64,000 nucleotides of DNA from Candidatus Helarchaeota archaeon (lineage in GTDB: Archaea; Asgardarchaeota; Lokiarchaeia; Helarchaeales; RDOG01): assembly GCA_019058315.1 (NCBI GenBank), contig JAHPZH010000002.1:1293910-1357909 (forward strand). The letters are read 5' to 3'. The first letter of the stretch is position 1. Each line of letters starts with the position of its first letter. The translations under genes were made by a program, and so were the position numbers. The notes under the pieces are model-generated. The model saw only the letters and a list, made by a program, of their open reading frames with translations, made no database searches and was not told the DNA's origin. Positions 28,429-36,887 of the stretch are shown here, in pieces.

Positions 28429-30798
28429 CTATCTTGCTACTAATTCGTTAGTTTTAATGATGAGATGCGCATCGGTTTTCTTTGATGCTGAAACAATTAT
28501 TTCAGATTTATTGCCCGCCGAATTTACGATTGATACTTTAAAATTAGCGCCTTTACCGTTTAACCATACCCATTTGGCCAAATCTTCAATTTCCGTAAAT
28601 CTATTGAGTAAGGATTTCTCAGTAACAGTTTCTTCATCCCAATCAATCAATGTCATAGGTTTATATTTCGAGATTGAAAATGGTCCATCTTTAGGATAAA
28701 ATTCATCAGATGACTCAATCGGGTTATAATTAATATCCAATATGTTTAATTTTGGCATGTCCATTAAATTTTCCAGTATTGCTGATTTCTTTGATTCCCA
28801 TGGGTCATAAGTTAGAGCATTTTCAATTAATCTCAGATAGAAAGATTCATTTTTTAAATCCTTATATAGTGGACGGATTTTATTGAAAAGTTCAAAGTTT
28901 TTAGATTTATAGATATATAGGTATAGTAGGGAGAGTAAAAATCCTGCCTCTTGTTTGTTTACTTTTTTATGTTCACTGATTTTTTCTATACACCTGTCAA
29001 AATATTCATTTATTGTAGATATATCTGTTAGTTTTTTAAGTTCAAGATACATTTTACTTTCAAAAATATCTTCTAATTCTAAAAAGCTTAATGGATTTAG
29101 TTTCTGCTCAATTTTTAGAATGAAGTCATCCTGTTTTTCTTTAACACTAATATATCCTTTCTTGCTAAGATCATCAAGTAATGTTTTAGTTACTACTTCA
29201 TCAATTTTATAAAGATCTTGAACTTTACTTAAGCTAGTTTCCCCTTCATTATTTATTAAAAAAAGCAGCTGATACTTAGGACTCTTCTCTAAGAATTGAA
29301 TTACATCATCTAATTCCATCCTCAGTTTTTCACTAATTTCTTCAAATTCTTTTTTCATGTCATTTTTTATTGCATCAATATCTACTTCTTCCTTCGCTGC
29401 TATTTGAGTTTGCAAATTTTTTACATCTTGATCCTTTTTGTTAAGTTGTTCTTTAAGAGTTTCTATTTCTGATGTCTTTCCTTCTAATTCTTTAGAGGAT
29501 TCTTTCTTCGCATTTTCTAAATTTTTTTGATTTTCTTCAATTTGTTTTTTAAGCGTTTCTAATTCAGAAGTTTTTTCTTCTAACTGTTTTACTAATTCTG
29601 TGTCTTTTCCCTCTACTTGTTTTTTAAGTGCTTCTAATTCAGAAGTTTTTTCTTCCAACTGTTTTCCCAGTTCATCTTCTGTTTTATTTAATTTATCTCG
29701 CAAGGTTTCTAATTCAGTAGTTTTATCTTTTAATAGTGTTTCCAATTCAGCTTGAAATTCATCTTTAACTTTTTCGGATTCAGAAGCTTTAGCTTCCAAT
29801 TCTTGTCTAGTTTCATCAATTACTCCAGTTAATTCTTTTTCACGTTCAGCAAGTTTTTGTTTAATTTCATCAGATTCTGATGATTTCTTGTCCAATTCTT
29901 CCTTTGTTTTTAGGATCTGAGCTTCTAAATCTTTTTGCCTTTTTTCCAGTTCTTTTTTACTTAAACCGGTCTCTTTTTTTAAAGCTTCAAGCTCTTCTTC
30001 GCGGTCTTTAAGACTATCCTTAATTTTCTGCGATTCTGCCTCTCTATCTGCTAACTCCTTTTGTAATTCTTGTTTTACGGACTCAAGCTCCTCTTCTCGT
30101 TTATCAAGTTGAGCTTTTATTTTTGCAGCTTCTTCGGATTTATCTGCTAACTCTTGTTCTCTCAGTTCAAGTTGTTCTTTAATCCATTTAGATGTGGAAG
30201 CAAGCTTTTCTACTTCCTCCTCAGCTGCTTTGATTTGTCCTTTTAATTTATTAAGAGAATCTAACAGCATTTTGTAGTTACTTGATAACTCAGTTTTAAT
30301 TTCTTCAGACATACCTGAAACATTTTGATTTAATTTTTCAGAACCCTCTTCCAATTGTGGAACGAGTTTTTCTCTCATGAATACAAGTGATTCCATTTGT
30401 TCAAGTTTAAATGGAGTTTGACCTATTGTATCATCAAAAACACTTTGAGCTTCACTTATTCTTTTCCTCAATTGGACACGTAAATCCTCAAGTTCGTTTT
30501 TGAATTCTTCCTTTTTTGACTTTTTTACTAGTCCATCCAAAAATTTCATTGCTGGGGTGAATTTATCGTAAAATTCATCTGCTAGATAATCCATACTCGA
30601 TTCGACAATCTGGCTGAGGTCTAAATTGTTTATAAAATCTTGAGTTTCTTTACTCTTTAATTGAATCTGTTCAAATAAGTTCTTTAGAGAGTCTAAATTT
30701 TTATCGAATAAAGCAATCGATTTTAATTCAATTTCTGATTTGGAAAGTGTCTCAATTTTTCTAATTAGTTCATTTACTTCTTCCATTTCTTCAATCAC
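28429..30798 (-). CDS. Long coiled-coil protein with winged-helix-like and further C-terminal domains
   Basis: ~490 aa E/K/L heptad-rich region; SPKYQLLFLIN...LLDDLSKKGYISV winged-helix pattern; no Walker A. Confidence 0.85.
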   Translation of the reverse strand: MIEEMEEVNELIRKIETLSKSEIELKSIALFDKNLDSLKNLFEQIQLKSKETQDFINNLDLSQIVESSMDYLADEFYDKFTPAMKFLDGLVKKSKKEEFKNELEDLRVQLRKRISEAQSVFDDTIGQTPFKLEQMESLVFMREKLVPQLEEGSEKLNQNVSGMSEEIKTELSSNYKMLLDSLNKLKGQIKAAEEEVEKLASTSKWIKEQLELREQELADKSEEAAKIKAQLDKREEELESVKQELQKELADREAESQKIKDSLKDREEELEALKKETGLSKKELEKRQKDLEAQILKTKEELDKKSSESDEIKQKLAEREKELTGVIDETRQELEAKASESEKVKDEFQAELETLLKDKTTELETLRDKLNKTEDELGKQLEEKTSELEALKKQVEGKDTELVKQLEEKTSELETLKKQIEENQKNLENAKKESSKELEGKTSEIETLKEQLNKKDQDVKNLQTQIAAKEEVDIDAIKNDMKKEFEEISEKLRMELDDVIQFLEKSPKYQLLFLINNEGETSLSKVQDLYKIDEVVTKTLLDDLSKKGYISVKEKQDDFILKIEQKLNPLSFLELEDIFESKMYLELKKLTDISTINEYFDRCIEKISEHKKVNKQEAGFLLSLLYLYIYKSKNFELFNKIRPLYKDLKNESFYLRLIENALTYDPWESKKSAILENLMDMPKLNILDINYNPIESSDEFYPKDGPFSISKYKPMTLIDWDEETVTEKSLLNRFTEIEDLAKWVWLNGKGANFKVSIVNSAGNKSEIIVSASKKTDAHLIIKTNELVAR
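29542..29665 (-). repeat. 75-bp-period internal duplication (KQLEEKTSELExLKKQ x2)
   Basis: ttgttttttaag.g.ttctaattcagaagttttttcttc.aactgtttt at 29542 and 29617. Confidence 0.85.
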
Positions 30799-30921
30799 TT
30801 TAATATTTTCTTATTTTGATAAGTTACTTAAATTTCCATGAGTTTATAAGATATTACCTTAAATTTGATAACTGTTTTAATCCATAATTATTTAATTTTC
30901 ATAATTTTTAAATTTTTGAGA

Positions 30922-33195
30922 TTATAAAAAAAATCCTCCAGAAATCTCATAGATTTTTTGTGAAAGTTGGGGAATATTTTTAGGGATTAGGTTTTCAGTT
31001 TGAGGTCTTTTAGAATAAATTAATAGATAATAAACTTTTTCTTTAAATGAGAATTTATAAAAATATATTTTTCCCTTTCCTAATTTTAAATCACCTTCAA
31101 TATCAATAACCGTCTTCTCTGGGACAGTATCAGTTTCTTCTCTAGCCCAACTATTAATAAAATAGTGAAGTGCTTCATTTGCAATGCTTAAGTTTGCCAC
31201 ATTTCCATACTGTTCGAGAATAAAGAAATTTTCTTCCAATAAAATGACTGCAGAAGATAATGTTTTTTTCATAAATCCCTTCAATAGGTTTCTAAATAAA
31301 TTTTCAACTTTTACTATTCTCTTAAGACCTTCTGAAAAACATACTAATATTGACCAATAATCATAAATGGAGGTTTCAAAAAATGTAACATTCTTTATCT
31401 CTTTAAAACGTTCTTTTATTTCATTAACTTTAGATTGTATTTCATTCTGGGTTAATTGGTCAGGATCTAATTTATGAATTTGAACGAGAATTTTAGATGG
31501 ATCGATACAATTAATTTCTTGTAACTCTAATAACTGTTTAAAATATTCTATAGATTCATCGATCGTGTCTTCTTGCACATCGACAAAGTAAAAAATTAAA
31601 TCTATGTCAGAAAAACACTGATCAGATTGCAAAATATAATCTTTTCTATAGATATCTTGTCCGCCATAATCCCAAATACTAAATTCATATCCTAAAATAT
31701 TCAAAACTTTTCTAGATATCCCTTTTGTAGGTTTGAGTTGATGAATTGTACTAAAATTTTTTTGAAGCACTTCTAAAAAGGATGTTTTTCCGGCTGCTCC
31801 TAACCCCAATAAACAAATCTTTTTTATTAATTCTTCTTCTTCAGGTATTGTTTCAGGTTCTGTAATTATTTCTTCTTCTATCTCTAATCTTTTTATCAGT
31901 TCCCTTATAGTTGGACTTTTAACTTCTAATATTTCTAAAATTTTTCCTAAATCAGAACTCATATCTTGTAATTCTGTTAAATATTTATTCGAGACTATAA
32001 GAGCAAGATTTTGAAGATATTTTAAGATGTTTTTAACTTCTTTAGGAATATGACCTGATTTAATCGTAATCTTTTTTAATGCCGCTCTTAATTGAGAAAA
32101 AAGCGAGATTACACTTTCATTATCAAATTCTATTCGTTTGAGGGGCTCCACAGAGTGTTGAATTACTTCATTTAACTTCTTTTGAGTTTTAATAATGTTT
32201 TGTTTAAAATTTTCTCTAAAATTTTCTGTTATTTCAGTATTTTGCGCATTTACTTTATTTGATATTTCTTGAAAAGATTTCAATAAAGGATCAAAATAGT
32301 CATAAAAAATGTCACTTAATAAATTAAGATCTTCTTGAAAAATAACACCAAAGTTTAATTCTTCAAAAAAAACATCAATCTCTTTAATTGCTTTAAAAGC
32401 TTCTGAGGTAAAACGTTTTAAATTTTCTAGAGTCTCTGAAAATACTTCAATTGAATTTAAAATTACTTTAATTTCTTCACGATTATTAAGAGCAACCAGT
32501 TCATTTATTTTATCTATAATTTCGGAATATTCTACTTTTTTTGAGTTGAGTTTATTATAAATTGTTTCCAATTGTTCTTTATTTTCGATAATTTTTTCTT
32601 TGTCAGATTCGAATGACTCTAGAAAACTTTCTAATTCTTTTTTAATGGTTTTAAATTCGGTTTTTTTTCCTCTTCTATTGTCATTAATATAATATAGAGG
32701 ACCAATTAGAAGAAGGTAAATATCATCTGATTTTTTAATGATTTCAGGAGGTACTTTTTCAAAAATCTCCCCTAATTTACCAAGTGAGTTATAAATTTTT
32801 GATATGCGATTTTGACTTATATCTTTAAATTTATCAAATGGCCCAACAATTTCTGGCGTTTTTTCGATTATTTTATTTAGGAAATCTTGAAATTTATCAA
32901 TATTTTGTTTTAGATGTAAGGAGAAATCTTTAATTTCACCAGAAACCTCCTCAATATCTTTTGACAGTTCGAATGAAGAGTTAATAAATGGTACAAAATT
33001 TGTTAAAATTTCCTTTTTTAATATCAATAAATCCTCTTTAAAAATTGCCCCCAAACTTAATTCTTTGATTTTTTCTTCAGCTCGTTCAATAATATAATAA
33101 ATTTTATTCACTATCTTCTCGGAATTAATCAGATTATCTTTAACTGGTTTGAGCGAGCTTAATTCAAATTCATATTTAGTAAACTCTAATTTCAA
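30922..33195 (-). CDS. Rag/Gtr1-like (Arf-related) GTPase with long N-terminal helical region and C-terminal roadblock/longin-like domain
   Basis: G1 GLGAAGKTS, G2 PT, G3 WDYGGQ, G4 HKLD, G5 TSIYD. Confidence 0.88.
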   Translation of the reverse strand: MKLEFTKYEFELSSLKPVKDNLINSEKIVNKIYYIIERAEEKIKELSLGAIFKEDLLILKKEILTNFVPFINSSFELSKDIEEVSGEIKDFSLHLKQNIDKFQDFLNKIIEKTPEIVGPFDKFKDISQNRISKIYNSLGKLGEIFEKVPPEIIKKSDDIYLLLIGPLYYINDNRRGKKTEFKTIKKELESFLESFESDKEKIIENKEQLETIYNKLNSKKVEYSEIIDKINELVALNNREEIKVILNSIEVFSETLENLKRFTSEAFKAIKEIDVFFEELNFGVIFQEDLNLLSDIFYDYFDPLLKSFQEISNKVNAQNTEITENFRENFKQNIIKTQKKLNEVIQHSVEPLKRIEFDNESVISLFSQLRAALKKITIKSGHIPKEVKNILKYLQNLALIVSNKYLTELQDMSSDLGKILEILEVKSPTIRELIKRLEIEEEIITEPETIPEEEELIKKICLLGLGAAGKTSFLEVLQKNFSTIHQLKPTKGISRKVLNILGYEFSIWDYGGQDIYRKDYILQSDQCFSDIDLIFYFVDVQEDTIDESIEYFKQLLELQEINCIDPSKILVQIHKLDPDQLTQNEIQSKVNEIKERFKEIKNVTFFETSIYDYWSILVCFSEGLKRIVKVENLFRNLLKGFMKKTLSSAVILLEENFFILEQYGNVANLSIANEALHYFINSWAREETDTVPEKTVIDIEGDLKLGKGKIYFYKFSFKEKVYYLLIYSKRPQTENLIPKNIPQLSQKIYEISGGFFL

Positions 33196-33219
33196 ATAAT
33201 GCCCATTCCATTATAGGAA

Positions 33220-33257
33220 TTTTATTGCAAAAATAAAAAAAAAAAATAAAAAATAGT
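33220..33257 (-). terminator. Internal oligo-T tract after the 720-aa gene
   Basis: TTTTTATTTTTTTTTTTTATTTTT on the - strand immediately after the stop codon. Confidence 0.45.
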
Positions 33258-35420
33258 TTACTTAAAGGCTCTTGCTTCTATATGCTTTAAACTATAGTCT
33301 CCACCTTCACCATGGATATCATAAGTGATCTCTACTTCCTGACCTGGTTGTATTTCCTCAATTGTCCAAGTTAATAAGTTACCATCATCTTTACCTGTTG
33401 ATTCATATTCCATGCTTGACTCTAAGATATTGAAATTTATTGGAACAAAATCTGAAATTTTGATATTTGTTTTAACTGAATCGCCTTTATTCTTGTAAAG
33501 TAAAAGAATGCTGTAATCGTCTTTTTCGGCACCAGGACGAACGGATTTACCAATTCTGGTTCTTCTTCTCTCATGAACTACAGTTATTGGTTCAGGTTCT
33601 ATATATGCCTCAAGCACACCACCTGGTGGTTTTGTATAACCTTGGAATAGCACTGGGGCATCATATCTAGCGTCCTTTGCAGGTCTTACGGCATTTAATG
33701 GATATTTTACATTAATAGTAGAATTATCTATCATTGCTCCAGTATTTTCAAGTACATCTACAACCTCTATTATCATTTTCCTTTCTCTTGAAATATCATC
33801 TGGTCCGAGATCTGGTTCGAAGGAAACAGAAAAATCTTCTACTGGGACTGGTTTCTTCTGTCCTTTAATGTCAAAAGAAATTTCTAATTCACTTTTTTCT
33901 GGATTTCTAAAATCAGTTGGGATGGTATCTTCCAATTTGATAATATCAATTGGAGCATCACCTTTAATAGTTGCTATTATTGTGGCATCAAGGGCTTCAG
34001 GACGATAGCTTCTTAGAACATTCTTGCTGAAATCTTTGATTCCTTCAACAGCTAATATTTGTAATTCTAATGATTGCATAGTTGAGCTCATGGAAAGTCT
34101 TTCTTCAGTTCTTGGTATAACCGTGTATTCAACTAATTCACTGAATGTGGGTTCATCTTCAGACTCAAGATCCCAAGGTTCTGAAACCCATTCAGCTTTT
34201 GGATTTACAACTGCATTAGGTTCTACAGCTACAACTTCGAATTCTGTGTTTTCATCACCAGAAATAAACTGGAATTTTTGAAGTGTCATTGGGAATTCAG
34301 ATCTATTTTCAAAGATGAATTGACAATCCCACATATCAGGTTGATCATCTCTTTCATCTCTGTCAACAAAAAAGATTTCTTCGCTAAGTCCATCAACAAA
34401 TTCAGGTTTTAAACCACTATAAGTTCCAGCTTCTAAAGTGTATTTAACTTTTAGCTCTCCACTAGTTAAAGTTTTAATTTCTTTAGGTTCAACTTTGGCC
34501 TTCAGTTTCAATTCGGCAGTTTCACCAGCTTCAAGTTCTTCAACTTTCCAAACTATGGCTTCCACACCTTCTATGTCTTCCTTTGAAGCTTTACCTTTGC
34601 TTGTATCAGAAGCTTTAAAATCCCTAAAGTCTTCTGGAATTATCTTTGCCAACTCTACTAAGGTAACTGTGGAGTCACTTGTGTTTTCCATGGTTATTAC
34701 AAAATTTACCTCTTGCGCTTTTCCCTCTTCACTTAAAACAAATGTACTACTTTCATCTTCAGTTTCGGGAAAAGTATCTACTTTTTCTGAAATTACAACT
34801 GGTGGTTTATCTTCAGCGCTTACTGAAATTTTGTAATCTTTAGTCCACTCTTCTTTTGGCTCAAGATCTGGGATGTGGAATTTTTTCTCTTTTAGATCTG
34901 TACTTTCTCCACCACCCAACTCTATGTCTATATCCCAAATCCTACTTTTATCAGCGTCATTTATAACTGCAATTTGACCAATAACAGTTGAATCAATAAT
35001 TTCTCCATCATGTTTTTGTTTAAAATCTACAGTTTCTTCGACCTTTACTATATATTTGCTCTCAATTGCTTCTTGCTCTTTAGTTGTTGGAGTAGCCATC
35101 TCAGAGGGTACCCCTACTGTTGCTGCAGCAGATACTGGTGCTCCAACTTCAATTCCTTCGCGAACTGCAATTCTATTGAAAAACTCGACTAATTCGTCTT
35201 TATTTAGGAAACTTATCTTTTCCTCTCTGATTCTCTTTTTTGCAAATGTATCCTTAAGCGTATCTTGATTCTCATTATTTAAATCTTTAATTAGATCTTT
35301 ATATTTCTTCTCAAGATCTTTATAATTAATTAATGAATTTACAACGAGTGTGTCTCCACTTAACTCAACATCTGCAAAATCGAAATTCCATCTTTTATCG
35401 GGAATTTTCTTCCACCTCAT
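33258..35420 (-). CDS. Acidic cytoplasmic protein with mu-homology domain (mu-adaptin/delta-COP-like) and further Ig-like beta-sandwiches
   Basis: VKVEETV..KHDG.I....V.G, KGKA......AIVWKV and TYSGLK motifs in MHD order and spacing. Confidence 0.75.
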   Translation of the reverse strand: MRWKKIPDKRWNFDFADVELSGDTLVVNSLINYKDLEKKYKDLIKDLNNENQDTLKDTFAKKRIREEKISFLNKDELVEFFNRIAVREGIEVGAPVSAAATVGVPSEMATPTTKEQEAIESKYIVKVEETVDFKQKHDGEIIDSTVIGQIAVINDADKSRIWDIDIELGGGESTDLKEKKFHIPDLEPKEEWTKDYKISVSAEDKPPVVISEKVDTFPETEDESSTFVLSEEGKAQEVNFVITMENTSDSTVTLVELAKIIPEDFRDFKASDTSKGKASKEDIEGVEAIVWKVEELEAGETAELKLKAKVEPKEIKTLTSGELKVKYTLEAGTYSGLKPEFVDGLSEEIFFVDRDERDDQPDMWDCQFIFENRSEFPMTLQKFQFISGDENTEFEVVAVEPNAVVNPKAEWVSEPWDLESEDEPTFSELVEYTVIPRTEERLSMSSTMQSLELQILAVEGIKDFSKNVLRSYRPEALDATIIATIKGDAPIDIIKLEDTIPTDFRNPEKSELEISFDIKGQKKPVPVEDFSVSFEPDLGPDDISRERKMIIEVVDVLENTGAMIDNSTINVKYPLNAVRPAKDARYDAPVLFQGYTKPPGGVLEAYIEPEPITVVHERRRTRIGKSVRPGAEKDDYSILLLYKNKGDSVKTNIKISDFVPINFNILESSMEYESTGKDDGNLLTWTIEEIQPGQEVEITYDIHGEGGDYSLKHIEARAFK

Positions 35421-35818
35421 TTATTTAAATTTATTTTATTATCCAAATTTTTCTTTTTTTTATTTTTTCGGATTATTATGAATCTTAATTTCTTTTAATT
35501 TAGGTTTTATGTCGATTTGGATATTCTAATATTATAATATTCCGATATATAAATTATACTATAATTTATAAATTCATGTTAAAAAAGAAAATGAATTATA
35601 TTATTAAAATACATAAAAAATTTTTTTATTTTCTCTTATTTAACAAGTAAATGGAAAGTTAGTAATAATTTCCGAGATTTCTCTATTCAATTCTAATTTA
35701 AATTAACTATATAAAAAGAACTTTCTTATTCTTTTTATAATAATAAATAAATATAAAAAAATGTAATTAACTTTTTTATAAGACTAATTTAAATAATAAA
35801 AAATAATTAAGAAAAAAA

Positions 35819-36625
35819 ATGGCTATTAAAAAGGAAGATACCCAATCTTATTCTGAGATAATTAACCAGATTTCACAATTAAAATCATTAATTCACGAAG
35901 TTCAAGAATTAAACTTGAAAAATTTAAATGAACAATTCAATCTATTTGAAAATCAATCCCTGAAAAAGAAAATATTTGGAGAATATCAAACTTATTATCA
36001 GAATCTAAGAGAAGATCTTTCCAATCAAATTAAAAAGGAATTAGAAACATTAGAATCAGGTCTTGAACCATTTAAAAATTATGAAAATTTTATTTCATCA
36101 ATAAAAGAAATAAAAAGCCATATATTAAAAGATTTAAATGCTGAATTTAACCGTTTTAAGCAGATGTTTGAAAATATTGAGGCAAAAATCTCCCATATAT
36201 TTAATGAACAATTAAAAACTAGCGCCCTTAAAACATTTGTTGAAACCATCGTTTCTAATATTATATCAGAAGAATTTAATCAAGTTAGGCAATTTGAAAG
36301 AAGATTTGCAATAAAAATCGATGATACTATAAATAAAAGATTGGAAAAATTATCTGATATTTCTAATATTCCAGATATAACTAACTTATCTGTAAAGGAT
36401 ACTGCTCAAAATATTTCTAAAGGTCTAATAAATGCTTTAAATAAATCAGAATCTAAATTTTCAGAAGTTCAGAATGTAATAATGAATTCTTATGAGGTAT
36501 TAAAGGAAACTTTTATAGAAGATACTTATAAAACTGAACAAAATAAACTTTATGATAAAATTTTTAAGCACCTAGATTCTTTAGAGAAAAATTTGAATGA
36601 ATTTTTAAGAAATGTTGAAAAATAA
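35819..36625 (+). CDS. Hypothetical all-helical/coiled-coil protein
   Basis: 268-aa ORF with ATG; heptad-like E/K/N/I composition. Confidence 0.75.
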   Translation: MAIKKEDTQSYSEIINQISQLKSLIHEVQELNLKNLNEQFNLFENQSLKKKIFGEYQTYYQNLREDLSNQIKKELETLESGLEPFKNYENFISSIKEIKSHILKDLNAEFNRFKQMFENIEAKISHIFNEQLKTSALKTFVETIVSNIISEEFNQVRQFERRFAIKIDDTINKRLEKLSDISNIPDITNLSVKDTAQNISKGLINALNKSESKFSEVQNVIMNSYEVLKETFIEDTYKTEQNKLYDKIFKHLDSLEKNLNEFLRNVEK

Positions 36626-36887
36626 TCTCATCTTACCTCAAATAGATAAAATTATAACACTGTTTAGTTTTTATTGATAATTAATATAAAAAGAAAATTA
36701 CTGAAATAAATTTAAACTACCACCTAAAAAATAATTATAATAAAATAAACAATATGAAATTTAAAATAAAGTTTATAACCATTTAATGCAAGTAGAAAAT
36801 AATTTGCTTAGACTTTTCCATCAAAATTAAGCAAAATTTTCTTCTAAATTCATAAAATGATTGTAAGTAAAAAAATAAACTTAAAAC

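Noticed and set aside
28429-30798. SMC/Rad50 ATPase
   Set aside because: No Walker A/B or signature motif, and no hinge or Zn-hook
35421-35818. ncRNA or hidden ORF in the long divergent gap
   Set aside because: Extremely AT-rich with no GC stem or credible ORF; consistent with back-to-back promoters
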